Source of the DNA: Alphaproteobacteria bacterium
GTDB taxonomy: Bacteria > Pseudomonadota > Alphaproteobacteria > SP197
Assembly (NCBI GenBank): GCA_965228895.1
Contig: OZ245842.1
Span: 448,001 to 512,000 of the forward strand
DNA length: 64,000 bases
Direction of reading: 5' to 3'
This document shows, piece by piece, positions 1 through 9,177 of the stretch. Each line of letters starts with the position of its first letter. Positions within the stretch are counted from its first letter, which is position 1. The notes beneath the pieces were generated by a model, which saw only the letters and a program-made list of their open reading frames with translations, searched no databases and was not told where the DNA came from. Both the position numbers and the translations under genes were made by a program.

Positions 1-729
1 TCGTTCAACGCGACGCCGTCGGGCATCTTTCCGATCAAGGGGCTGACCCTGCGCTGGTACGAAGAGCTTCTGGCCTCGCCGACATTCGGTCGTGCGCTGA
101 GGACAAGCATCACCATCGCCTGCATCACCGTGGTGGGCAGCCTGTTGATCGCAAGTCCGGCAGCCTTTGCGCTTGTACGCCGGCGCTTCGTGACGAAGCC
201 AGCTCTACTCGGTCTTATCATCGGCCCCATCGCGGTACCGGGCGTGGTCATCGGCGTGGCGCTGATTTCCGCAGTCGCCGTGATCGGGTTCGAGCCCGGC
301 TTGGTCATCACCTCTCTGGCGCACATCCTCTTCACGCTGCCGTTTGTCGTGCTTGTCGTACGCGCCCGTCTCAGCGATTTCGACCGTCAGATCGAGGAGG
401 CGGCGCGCGATCTCGGCGCGCGCCCGTGGAAGGTCCTGCGGACGGTCACCCTGCCGCTGATCTCGCCGACCTTGATCGGCGCGGGTATTCTGGTGTTCGC
501 GTTGTCGATCGACGAGTTCATCATCACGAACTTTGTCATCGGTGCGAACGCGACACTGCCGGTATTGATCTGGAGTCAGATGCGCACGGGCATCACGCCC
601 TCGGTGAATGCTATGTCGACGGTGATTCTTCTGACGACCCTGGGCCTGATCGCGTTGGCCGGATTGCTGCTGTGGCGCCGCCAGGCGAGTGCAGCGCGGG
701 CGGTGGGCTTGAATTCGAAGGAAGCGTGA
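1..729 (+). CDS. ABC transporter permease, PotC-like (5' truncated by window edge)
   Basis: Frame open from base 1 (SFN...TLRWY); EAA motif EEAARDLGA; ALSIDEF; hydrophobic helices. Confidence 0.9.
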   Translation, partial: SFNATPSGIFPIKGLTLRWYEELLASPTFGRALRTSITIACITVVGSLLIASPAAFALVRRRFVTKPALLGLIIGPIAVPGVVIGVALISAVAVIGFEPGLVITSLAHILFTLPFVVLVVRARLSDFDRQIEEAARDLGARPWKVLRTVTLPLISPTLIGAGILVFALSIDEFIITNFVIGANATLPVLIWSQMRTGITPSVNAMSTVILLTTLGLIALAGLLLWRRQASAARAVGLNSKEA

Positions 730-792
730 AGTCATGCCACACCGCACGACTGACTTGACTGGACCCAACGTGCGCCGCGGCGCCGGAAAGGA

Positions 793-1944
793 GTGATGAC
801 CATGGACCCGGTTGAGCTGACCCAAAAGCTGGTCCGGATACCGGGCGTGTCGGGTCAAGAAGGCAACGTTGCGGACGTGGTCGAGCAGACTATGCTGGAT
901 CTCGGTTTTCGCGAGGTGGTGCGCGACAGGTTCGGTGCAGTGATCGGACTGGCTGGACCGGAAGACGCCGTCACAAAGCTCTTGTTCGATGGCCATATGG
1001 ATGTCGTGCCGGTGGTCGGCGATTGGGCCGTGGATCCTTTCGGCGCCGAGATTGTCGACGGCAGACTCTATGGCCGCGGCTCGACCGATATGAAAGGTGG
1101 CCTGTCGGCGGCGATCTGCGGTGTCGCGGCGGCTGCCGAGACGGGAGAGCTCAAGCACCAGGTCGCGGTCTCGGCGACCGTGCTCGAAGAGGTTATCGAG
1201 GGCATCGCGCTGGGCGAGGTCATGGATCGCTTGTCGCCGGAGTCCGTCGTGATCTGCGAACCTTCGGGCCTGCAACTGAAGACGGCGCAACGCGGACGCC
1301 TGGAGATCCTGCTCAAGATCCATGGCGAACCCGCCCATGCCGCTCATCCCGAGCGCGGCATCAACGCCATCGAGTTTGCCATGCGGGCGCTCCGAGCTTT
1401 CGATGCCATGGCGCCCGTGACCGACAAGGAGCTCGGCAAGGGCATCCTGGTGGCGACCGACATCGTCTCTGACCCCTATCCGTCGATCTCCATGCTACCG
1501 TCGTCGGTGACCATTCGTTTCGACCGGCGCACCTTGGTGGGCGAAGATCGCGATGGGATACTGAATGCCATGCGCGATACCCTTGTCGCCGATAACATAT
1601 CCGACTTCGATGTCTCGGTGACGGAAAGTGAGGTGGCAACCTATACGGAACAGTCGATGACGCCGCCGCGCTGGTTGCCGGCATGGCGCCTGGACCGTGA
1701 ACATGCCCTGGTGCATGCGGGTCTGACGGCGATCGAAAAGGCGGGCGTCGAGCCGAAGCTTGGCGTGTTTGCGTTCTGCACGAACGGTTCGGAGTCGGCC
1801 GGAAATCGCGACATTCCGACCATCGGCATCGGGCCGGGCAACGAGGCCGACGCCCACATCATCGACGAATCGGTGGCGGTCGACGAGGTGCGCGCGGCAT
1901 GTGACATCTATCGCAACCTGGTCCTCGAACTTGCGGGGGACTGA
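793..1944 (+). CDS. M20 family metallohydrolase (ArgE/DapE/YgeY-like)
   Basis: DGHMD, GRGSTDMKGG, EE, ICEP and C-terminal AH metal-binding motifs; AGGAG RBS. Confidence 0.88.
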   Translation: MMTMDPVELTQKLVRIPGVSGQEGNVADVVEQTMLDLGFREVVRDRFGAVIGLAGPEDAVTKLLFDGHMDVVPVVGDWAVDPFGAEIVDGRLYGRGSTDMKGGLSAAICGVAAAAETGELKHQVAVSATVLEEVIEGIALGEVMDRLSPESVVICEPSGLQLKTAQRGRLEILLKIHGEPAHAAHPERGINAIEFAMRALRAFDAMAPVTDKELGKGILVATDIVSDPYPSISMLPSSVTIRFDRRTLVGEDRDGILNAMRDTLVADNISDFDVSVTESEVATYTEQSMTPPRWLPAWRLDREHALVHAGLTAIEKAGVEPKLGVFAFCTNGSESAGNRDIPTIGIGPGNEADAHIIDESVAVDEVRAACDIYRNLVLELAGD

Positions 1945-1945
1945 C

Positions 1946-2716
1946 GTGGCGGACCACCGACATCGTATCGAACTGGACGGGCATCGCATCATGGTGACCG
2001 GCGCCGGCGGCGGCATGGGACGCGGCATTGCCCTGGCCTTCGCATCGTGGGGTGCGCGCGTCGCGGTCAGCGATCTGACGCATGAAACCGCGGAGGCGAC
2101 CTTAGCTGCGATCAAGGAGGCCGGTGGCGACGGTGTTGCGATCGCCATGAACGTTGCCGACGAAACCAGCGTCGATGCCGGTGTCGACGCCGGTTGGCGG
2201 GCATGGGGCGGACTCGACCTCTTGGTCAACAACGCAGGGGTCCTGACGGTCTCTAACGTCGTCGACATGGCGCTCGAAGACTGGCGGTTTGTCCTGGGCG
2301 TCAATGCGACCGGCGTATTCCTGGTGTCCCGCGCCGTAGCGCAACGCATGATCGCGGCCGGCGAGCCGGCGTCGATCATCTCGACCTCGTCGATTGCTGG
2401 CAAGCATGGCGATGCCGGTCTGGCCCACTACAGCGCCTCGAAGTTTGCCGTCGTCGGATTCACCCAGGCCCTGGCGGCGGAACTGGCGCCGCACGACATC
2501 CTGGTCAACGCGATCTGTCCGGGGACCGTCGAAACGACCATGATGGTCAATCTGACGACCGGCGCCCGGACCTCCGTCGCCGAATACGTGGGGGACCAAC
2601 TCATCAAACGCCCGCAAACGCCCGACGACATGGCCTACGCGTTGGCATTCTTGCACACCTCGCGCGCGATGACCGGCCAGGCGCTCAACGTCGACGGCGG
2701 CACTGTGTTTAACTGA
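1946..2716 (+). CDS. Short-chain dehydrogenase/reductase
   Basis: GTG start right after upstream stop; TGAGGGMG, NNAG, YSASK, VNAICPG, NVDGG. Confidence 0.92.
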   Translation: MADHRHRIELDGHRIMVTGAGGGMGRGIALAFASWGARVAVSDLTHETAEATLAAIKEAGGDGVAIAMNVADETSVDAGVDAGWRAWGGLDLLVNNAGVLTVSNVVDMALEDWRFVLGVNATGVFLVSRAVAQRMIAAGEPASIISTSSIAGKHGDAGLAHYSASKFAVVGFTQALAAELAPHDILVNAICPGTVETTMMVNLTTGARTSVAEYVGDQLIKRPQTPDDMAYALAFLHTSRAMTGQALNVDGGTVFN

Positions 2717-2728
2717 CGAGGCGGGACC

Positions 2729-3193
2729 ATGGCCATCAAGGGAGTTCTTCACACCAGCTTCACTGTCGCGGACATGCAGAAGTCGCTCGATTTTTGGACC
2801 GGTCCGCTCGGGTTCCACCTGGTCGCACGGGGGCCGTGGCAAAGCGATGCCCTGGGCCGTGTCGTCGGCGTGCCAGGCGTCAAGATGGATATTGCCATCC
2901 TGGAAGGCTACGGCCACGGCGTCGAGCTGATCGCTTGTCACGCGCCCGATGCCGTCCCCCTCGATGTTCAGCCGCATCGGCCCCTCGCGTCCCATCTGGC
3001 GCTCGAGGTCGGCGACATCAAAACGACCACCGCGGCACTTCTGGATGCCGGCGCGAGCCTACAGGGCGAGATCGACTTCTTGGGCGACGATCCGTCGGAT
3101 GCCGGCTGGGCGGTCTATTTACGTGATCCCAACGGCATCATCATCGAGTTGATTCAGCCAGCCGCTTTAACTTGTCAGGACTCGAAAGCTTGA
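2729..3193 (+). CDS. VOC/glyoxalase family protein
   Basis: HTSFTV, VELI, HLALEV, YLRDPNGIIIELIQ. Confidence 0.88.
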   Translation: MAIKGVLHTSFTVADMQKSLDFWTGPLGFHLVARGPWQSDALGRVVGVPGVKMDIAILEGYGHGVELIACHAPDAVPLDVQPHRPLASHLALEVGDIKTTTAALLDAGASLQGEIDFLGDDPSDAGWAVYLRDPNGIIIELIQPAALTCQDSKA

Positions 3194-3240
3194 CAAGCGT
3201 CGTGTGGACACTCGAGCCCATGCGTCTCGTTGACGTGGTC

Positions 3241-3356
3241 ATTCCCTGATACCATCCCGAAAATTCCCTCTTCCAGTCCGGGAGCAGGCCATATTTTCCC
3301 TGTTAACAGGGAAATCGCGGCGGAGACGGGTTCGCAGCAGACTGCCCGCACCACCA
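3241..3356 (+). repeat. Boundary element copy 1 (TTCCCTG palindromes + tRNA-tail-like 34-bp core)
   Basis: Perfect palindrome TTTCCCTGTTAACAGGGAAA at 3295-3314; core GAGACGGGTTCGCAGCAGACTGCCCGCACCACCA at 3323-3356 identical to 15503-15536. Confidence 0.85.
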
Positions 3357-3383
3357 TTTTCCATAATGCAGGTTATGGGGCTC
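3356..3383 (-). other. dif-like XerC/XerD site 1
   Basis: Minus strand GAGCCCCATAA-CCTGCA-TTATGGAAAAT; 11-6-11 layout with CATAA/TTATG inner dyad as in dif. Confidence 0.7.
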
Positions 3384-3442
3384 AAACCGAGCTTGGGTGG
3401 CACCGGGAGTTCTGCCCCTCGCCTTGCTGACCCTTGCGGAGG

Positions 3443-3640
3443 TTAGTGTTCCGGCGTTTGATGGTCTGAATGCCATGGGCGGCCGTCGATCTGGACGCCT
3501 ATGGCGCCATGCCTTTTCACCAAGACCTCAAGATGAATGAGTGCCTCGTGGAGGCATGCAAATGATGTCTCGGTTTCCAGGCTGACGGCATCCACGATAT
3601 CGACACCGCGCGCAGACGCTATGACTTGGTAGCCTTTCAT
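3443..3640 (-). CDS. Small hypothetical protein (65 aa)
   Basis: ATG at 3640 with GAGG upstream; no recognisable motif. Confidence 0.4.
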   Translation of the reverse strand: MKGYQVIASARGVDIVDAVSLETETSFACLHEALIHLEVLVKRHGAIGVQIDGRPWHSDHQTPEH

Positions 3641-3671
3641 GGGGACCTCTCGCAGGACCGGTGCAGCACAC

Positions 3672-3699
3672 TTGACCGTAGAGTTTAGTTTAGTAGAGT
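3672..3699 (+). promoter_or_regulatory. Putative dhaK promoter with AGTTTAGTTTAGT operator
   Basis: TTGACC at 3672, AGTTTAGTTTAGT at 3682-3694 (same 13-mer on minus strand at 13906-13918), TAGAGT at 3694. Confidence 0.6.
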
Positions 3700-3801
3700 T
3701 GAGTTTGTTGTGCAACGACACTAGAAAACCCAGTCCGGCTGGGGTTGATTGGCGTTGCCGACTGCTGATGTGGCGTTGCACGGGAGTATGCGGGGGCGGC
3801 C

Positions 3802-4794
3802 ATGAAGAAATTCTTGAATGATGTCGATGACCTGCTTCGTCAAAGCCTGGACGGTTTTGGCGCGGCCCACAGCGGCCTCGTCCAAATTCATCACGAGCCG
3901 ACCTACGTTGTCCGCGCAGGCGGGCCCGTCGCTGGTGAGGTCGCGCTGATTTCCGGCGGCGGTTCGGGGCACGAACCGCTGCACGCCGGTTTTGTCGGCG
4001 CCGGCATGTTGGCGGCGGCCTGTCCCGGCGAGGTCTTCACGTCGCCGACGCCCGACCAGATGCTTGCCGCCGCCGAGGCCGCCGACGGCGGCGCCGGCGT
4101 CCTGTTCATCGTCAAGAACTACTCAGGCGATGTCATGAACTTCGAGATGGCCGCCGAAATGTATGGCGGCGCGTCGGCGACGGTCTTGGTCAATGACGAC
4201 GTCGCGGTCGAAGACTCCTCGTTCACAACCGGCCGTCGCGGCGTGGCGGGCACGGTTGTGGTGGAGAAGATGGTTGGGGCCGCCGCCGCCGCAGGGGCAA
4301 CATTGGAAACGTGCATGATGCTTGGCGAGCGGGTCAACGCGGCGACACGCTCGATCGGTGTGGCACTCACCAGCTGCACTGTTCCAGCAGCAGGGACGCC
4401 GACTTTCGAACTTGGCGACGATGAAGCGGAGATGGGCGTCGGCATTCACGGCGAGCCCGGGCGGCGGCGCATCAAACTGGCGTCGGCGGCGGATCTCGCT
4501 GAAGAAATGATGTCGGCCATTCTTGCAGAGACTCCGGCAGAAAAGGGTGACCCGGTTCTGCTCCTGGCGAACGGCTTCGGCGGCACGCCGCTTATGGAGC
4601 TCTACCTGATGTATCAGGAGGCCCGCCTTCGTTTGGAGGATCGTGGCATTCAGGTCGCGCGCAGCCACGTCGGCAACGTCACGACATCGCTCGAAATGCA
4701 CGGTTGTTCGTTCACGGTAACGGCGCTTGACGACGAGATGACAACTCTTTGGAATGCGCCTGTGCAGACTGCAGCGCTACGCTGGGGCTGTTAG
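3802..4794 (+). CDS. dhaK: Dihydroxyacetone kinase subunit DhaK
   Basis: SGGGSGHEP, FTSPTPDQ, VKNYSGD, GRRGVAG, GIHGEPG, TSLEM. Confidence 0.95.
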   Translation: MKKFLNDVDDLLRQSLDGFGAAHSGLVQIHHEPTYVVRAGGPVAGEVALISGGGSGHEPLHAGFVGAGMLAAACPGEVFTSPTPDQMLAAAEAADGGAGVLFIVKNYSGDVMNFEMAAEMYGGASATVLVNDDVAVEDSSFTTGRRGVAGTVVVEKMVGAAAAAGATLETCMMLGERVNAATRSIGVALTSCTVPAAGTPTFELGDDEAEMGVGIHGEPGRRRIKLASAADLAEEMMSAILAETPAEKGDPVLLLANGFGGTPLMELYLMYQEARLRLEDRGIQVARSHVGNVTTSLEMHGCSFTVTALDDEMTTLWNAPVQTAALRWGC

Positions 4795-4818
4795 GCCCGC
4801 AGACGCCAGGTTGCGGGC

Positions 4819-5274
4819 TTACTCTTTTTCTATCCGCCGCCTGGCAAGGCCGATCATGCGTTTGGCCGTCTGGCGTATGGAATCTTCGAGTTGCTGCTCG
4901 AGTTCCGGGTCACCCAAGTTGGGCAACATAATCGACATTTGACGGCCGTTGTCGCTGACGCTCCTCTTTGAAGCCGCGCTACCGCTTGCGCCCGCTTTGC
5001 GGTTGGGATGCGCTGCCTGATAGGCAGACAGAAATCGCTGTTTCTCGCTCGGCGACAGATGGCAGACCTTGGCGATAACCGAGACGTCGCCTGCCGGGAT
5101 CGGCACCGGATAGGTCGGGTTGGTGATTTGCGAGACAAAGCTCTTATGTTTGCCGAGCGCCTCGGCGATTTTCTGGCGTGTACCGGACGGTCGCAGGTCG
5201 ACGAGTTCGCGGAGCACGGTCTTGTACTCCCTGACCAGGTCTTCGCGGGACCGCACGTCAGATGTCGAGTTCAT
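4819..5274 (-). CDS. Putative HTH (XRE-like) regulator, last gene of the dha/PTS operon
   Basis: RQKIAEALGKHKSFVSQIT resembles an HTH; start overlaps the EI stop. Confidence 0.65.
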   Translation of the reverse strand: MNSTSDVRSREDLVREYKTVLRELVDLRPSGTRQKIAEALGKHKSFVSQITNPTYPVPIPAGDVSVIAKVCHLSPSEKQRFLSAYQAAHPNRKAGASGSAASKRSVSDNGRQMSIMLPNLGDPELEQQLEDSIRQTAKRMIGLARRRIEKE

Positions 5275-6874
5275 GGATAGCGGCCTTGATCGTTCCAAGC
5301 GCGGCCGGTGCGATCGAGAGCGATCGCAGCCCAAGCCCAACGAGATCTGCCAGGCATCTCGGATCCGATCCCATGTCGCCGCACAGACTTACCCCCTTGC
5401 CGTCACGGCGACCATGCTCGACGACCCGGGCGATTAACTCAAGCACGGCGGGATTGCGCGGGTCCTGAAGTGAGCTGAGGCTGGCCTCGTCGCGGCTGGC
5501 TGCCGTCGTGTACTGGATGAGGTCATTGGATCCGATCGAATAGAAATCGGCGTCAAACTCCGCGATGCGCAGGGCGGCTGCGGGCACCTCGACCATGATC
5601 CCGATCGGCGGCAGTCGGTCGGACCGTTCGCCTGACGCCATGGCGGCATGGGTCTCGGTTATCAAACGGCGTGCCTCTTCAAACTCTTCTGGCGCCGTCA
5701 CCATGGGCAGCATGATCCGCATGTCGCCATCAGCTGCGGCACGCAGCATGGCGCGGATTTGGGTTTGAAAGGTCTCGGGACGCTCCAGCGACAAGCGCAA
5801 GCCCCGCACGCCCAGAAACGGGTTCATCTCGCCACTATGGGTCAGACCGGGGATCGGTTTGTCGCCGCCGGCATCCAGTGTACGGAAGATGATCGGTTTG
5901 CCGCGCGACCATGCCATCACCCGATGATACGTGGCGGTCTGCGTGGCCTCATCTGGCAAGGTGCCGCCGTCGTCCAGCTGAAGTTCGGTTCTGACAAGGC
6001 CGCTGCCGTCGCAATGATCGATGTCAATGGCGGGCAGAAGGGCGGGGTCGTCGATGTTGACCAGAACGGCGACCGACGTGCCGCGCCGTGTCGTGGCGGG
6101 CAGCGGCAGGAGCCGGGCCTGCTCGCGCCGGCTCTTGGCCAGGCGGGTAAGACGCTGGTCAAAGTCGCGCTTTGCTTCCGCAGTGGGATCGATCACCAGA
6201 ACGCCCTGTTCGGCATCGACCAAGGCGCATCCGGCGTCTGCGATGGCGGCCTCGGCGGCATCACCAAGGCCGACCAGCATGGGCAGACCGCGCGCGCGCG
6301 CCAGGATGGCGACATGGCTGGTCGCGCTTCCGGCCCGCAAGACAAGGGCCGCCATGCCGTGGGACGCCAGGGCAAGGAAACGCGACGGTGGCATGTCGCT
6401 GGCGATGACAACGTGGCCGGAAACCTTGTCATCGATCGCCGCCGCATGGCCTTGCAAGTGGTCGAGAACACGGTCGCGAAGATCCGCAAGGTCAGCCGCG
6501 CGGGCCCGGAAGTACGCGCTGTCACCGTCTTGATAGATGGCTATCTGGCTACCGAGGGCGTTTGTCCACGCGGTGTCGGCGGCGGTGCCATCGGCGATCT
6601 CCGGATAGGCGGCGGCGGTCAGCTCGTCATCCTCAAGCATGGCGATCTGGAATTCGAGGATTTCCGATGCCAGGTCATCGGCATGCTGTCGAAGGAAATC
6701 CAAGTCACGGACGGCCGCGCCGACGGCGTCTCGCAAGGCGTCCGCCTCGGCGCCGGGCGCCAGGGCTTGCCGGGCTTGACCCTTGCCCCTGGCATCGAGC
6801 CATAGCGGGCCTTTGGCCAGGCCCGGTGAGGCGGCTTGTCCGCTCAGCACGTTAGCCGTCGACCCGCGTTTCAT
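5258..6874 (-). CDS. ptsI: PTS enzyme I (PEP-protein phosphotransferase)
   Basis: Phospho-His motif TSHVAILAR, GLVRTE, RTLDAGGDK, NPFLGVRG, MVEVP, SIGSNDL, CG. Confidence 0.93.
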   Translation of the reverse strand: MKRGSTANVLSGQAASPGLAKGPLWLDARGKGQARQALAPGAEADALRDAVGAAVRDLDFLRQHADDLASEILEFQIAMLEDDELTAAAYPEIADGTAADTAWTNALGSQIAIYQDGDSAYFRARAADLADLRDRVLDHLQGHAAAIDDKVSGHVVIASDMPPSRFLALASHGMAALVLRAGSATSHVAILARARGLPMLVGLGDAAEAAIADAGCALVDAEQGVLVIDPTAEAKRDFDQRLTRLAKSRREQARLLPLPATTRRGTSVAVLVNIDDPALLPAIDIDHCDGSGLVRTELQLDDGGTLPDEATQTATYHRVMAWSRGKPIIFRTLDAGGDKPIPGLTHSGEMNPFLGVRGLRLSLERPETFQTQIRAMLRAAADGDMRIMLPMVTAPEEFEEARRLITETHAAMASGERSDRLPPIGIMVEVPAAALRIAEFDADFYSIGSNDLIQYTTAASRDEASLSSLQDPRNPAVLELIARVVEHGRRDGKGVSLCGDMGSDPRCLADLVGLGLRSLSIAPAALGTIKAAIHELDI

Positions 6875-7151
6875 CGAAGTCTCTCAGGACGAGGCCGGTC
6901 AATGCCGCAATCGCATCGTCAGCGTCACACCCTTCCGCTCGAATGATCAGAGTTTCGCCGGCCGCGATCTTCAACGCCATGACCTTGACGATGCTCTTGG
7001 CGTCGATCCATCCGGTCTCGTCCGCCTCGGTACGCAGCCTGATGTCGGACTCGAACGTCTTGGCGAGCTTGGTCAGTTTCACCGACGGTCTGGCGTGCAG
7101 GCCGACATCGTGAGTCACACGGACGGATCCTTCGGCATGGCTCGGCGTCAC
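6852..7151 (-). CDS. ptsH: HPr phosphocarrier
   Basis: GLHARP and DAKSI motifs. Confidence 0.93.
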   Translation of the reverse strand: MTPSHAEGSVRVTHDVGLHARPSVKLTKLAKTFESDIRLRTEADETGWIDAKSIVKVMALKIAAGETLIIRAEGCDADDAIAALTGLVLRDFDETRVDG

Positions 7152-7537
7152 GGTGACAGTTCCTCCGCCGTTGCCTTGACATCCTCAAGCGTGGCGTTAC
7201 CCCAGGCTTCGGTTGCCGCCATGACAGCGCCTTCAACGATCGGTGCGTTGCAGATGACGACGCGCTCACGCCATGGTTCCGGCAACATCTCGATGGCCAT
7301 TTCCGAGTTCGTCTCGGCGCCGCCGAGGTCGACCAGAATGGCGACGCCGGCGTCGGAATAGACCGTCTCGATCGCCTGCTTGATCGCGGCGACATCCGTA
7401 CCCAGGCCGCCGTCCGAGTTACCGCCGCACCACGCGACCGGGACTTCGTCGCCGACCATCTGATGCACCATGTCGTGGGCACCGCTGGCGACGCCAGGCG
7501 AATGCGAAACAATAACGATGCCAACTCTGTTACTCAC
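7148..7537 (-). CDS. dhaM: DhaM (EIIA-Man-like phosphotransferase subunit)
   Basis: GTG start at 7537; VGIVIVSHS, GGLGT, DLGGA, APIVEGA. Confidence 0.92.
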   Translation of the reverse strand: MSNRVGIVIVSHSPGVASGAHDMVHQMVGDEVPVAWCGGNSDGGLGTDVAAIKQAIETVYSDAGVAILVDLGGAETNSEMAIEMLPEPWRERVVICNAPIVEGAVMAATEAWGNATLEDVKATAEELSP

Positions 7538-8150
7538 CAGTCTTCCCCTGCACTGCCTGACATACGGCGTGAACCAACAACTGACTTGATCGTGCGCCCG
7601 GATCGAGATGTCCAACCGAGCGCTCGGCCAGAAACGATGCTCGGCCCTTCGTCGCCTGCATGGCGCGAGTCGATTCCAAACCATCGTCGGCTGCCGTTAG
7701 CGCATGGGCCACGGCATCGGCTACGGTTTTCGACTGCTTCAGTGCATCCTCGACCGGACCAAGCACGTCCAGCATGGTTTTCTCGCCACGGTCGGACTTG
7801 CCGCGCGACTTCACGGCATCGACCCCGGCGGTAAAGGCTTGCGTGAACGCTTCGAGTGACAGGGACGAAGCGGGCATGGCCTTGCCCATGGCCATAAGAA
7901 AACTGCCGTAGAGCGGGCCGGATGCACCGCCGACCTTCATGACCAGGGTCATGCCGGCTTTCTGCAGCCCGGCGCTGGGATCCAGGTCGGCCAGGGCATC
8001 GCGTTCGGCGGCGATCGCCTCGAACCCACGCTTCATGTTGAGCCCGTGGTCGCCATCGCCGATCGCCTGGTCGAGCGCCGTCAACTCGTCCGTATGATCG
8101 AGGATGGTGGCGACGCATGCGTCAATCAGCGGTGCGGTAAGGTCAGCCAT
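7530..8150 (-). CDS. dhaL: Dihydroxyacetone kinase subunit DhaL
   Basis: LDQAIGDGDHG, GGASGPLYG, KTMLD, GRAS, DPGA. Confidence 0.95.
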   Translation of the reverse strand: MADLTAPLIDACVATILDHTDELTALDQAIGDGDHGLNMKRGFEAIAAERDALADLDPSAGLQKAGMTLVMKVGGASGPLYGSFLMAMGKAMPASSLSLEAFTQAFTAGVDAVKSRGKSDRGEKTMLDVLGPVEDALKQSKTVADAVAHALTAADDGLESTRAMQATKGRASFLAERSVGHLDPGARSSQLLVHAVCQAVQGKTGE

Positions 8151-9177
8151 GAGGGCCTCCCGCCGCCTGGCCCGCAAGCCGGGCTCCGTCCTTTGAGAAA
8201 AAGAGCGCCCCGCCCGGCCGAGCCCGCACTGTGACGGGCTGGCCCGGCCGGAACTGCCGGTCAGCCGGTGCCAGGGAGCTGATCGCCTGGTCGGCGAGAC
8301 TGAGCTGGATGACGGTTTCGGCGCCCAGATGCTCGACATGGGTCACGGTCGCCGTGTCGCCGCCGTCGTCGAGGACGACGTCTTCCGGCCGGACGCCCTG
8401 CGTCGCCGTTCCCGACGGCGCCGCGGCACCCAAGCAACCGGCCGGCAGCAGATTGATGCGGGGGGATCCCAGACGGCGCGCCACGTCGATGTTGTCGGGC
8501 TTCTGATAGACCTCCGTCGGCGTTCCGATCTGCACGAGGCGACCTTCCGACAGGACGCCAATCCGATCCGCCAAGGTCATGGCTTCCACCTGATCGTGGG
8601 TGACGTAAAGGATGGTCGCGCCAAGCGAGAGCTGAATACGTTTCAGTTCGATCCTGAGATCGTGGCGCAGCTTCGCGTCGAGCGAGGACAACGGCTCGTC
8701 CATCAGAAATATCGCGGGTTCGCGGACCAGGGCACGGCCGATGGCGACCCGTTGCATCTCACCGCCCGACAGTTTGGTTGCCTTGTTCTCCAGCTTGTTC
8801 TCGATGCGCAGCAGTCCTGCGATCTCGCGAACGCGTCGGTCGATCTCCTTATCGCCCAGACGGCGCAGGGGCGATTTGAGCGGAAACGCCATGTTCTGGT
8901 AGGCGGTGTAGTGGGGGTAGAGCGAATACTGCTGGAACACCATCGCGACGTCGCGCGCGGCGGGATCCGTCGTCGTGATGTCAACGCCTTGGATGGCAAC
9001 GCGGCCACAGTCCGGGCGTTCCAGGCCTGCGACCAAGCGCAAGGTCGTTGTCTTGCCGGCCCCTGTCGGGCCGAGCAGGACGACACATTCGCCGTCCGCA
9101 ATGGTCATCGACATGTCTGCGATGGCGACAGTTTCGTCAAACGTCTTGGTGATTTGGGAGAGCGCTACGTCAGCCAT
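8143..9177 (-). CDS. Carbohydrate ABC transporter ATP-binding protein
   Basis: Walker A GPTGAGKT, LSGGE, LMDEP, VTHDQ; MalK-type tail. Confidence 0.93.
   Translation of the reverse strand: MADVALSQITKTFDETVAIADMSMTIADGECVVLLGPTGAGKTTTLRLVAGLERPDCGRVAIQGVDITTTDPAARDVAMVFQQYSLYPHYTAYQNMAFPLKSPLRRLGDKEIDRRVREIAGLLRIENKLENKATKLSGGEMQRVAIGRALVREPAIFLMDEPLSSLDAKLRHDLRIELKRIQLSLGATILYVTHDQVEAMTLADRIGVLSEGRLVQIGTPTEVYQKPDNIDVARRLGSPRINLLPAGCLGAAAPSGTATQGVRPEDVVLDDGGDTATVTHVEHLGAETVIQLSLADQAISSLAPADRQFRPGQPVTVRARPGGALFFSKDGARLAGQAAGGPHG

Noticed and set aside
3323-3356. tRNA gene at the GGTTCG...CCACCA core (also 15503 and 53868)
   Set aside because: No D-arm, anticodon arm or pairing 5' acceptor strand is visible; only 3'-end resemblance
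3175-3430. Short ORFs over the boundary elements (MVVRAVCCEPVS..., also 15417-15629 and 53643-53927)
   Set aside because: Similarity reflects the DNA repeat; frames, starts and lengths are not conserved between copies
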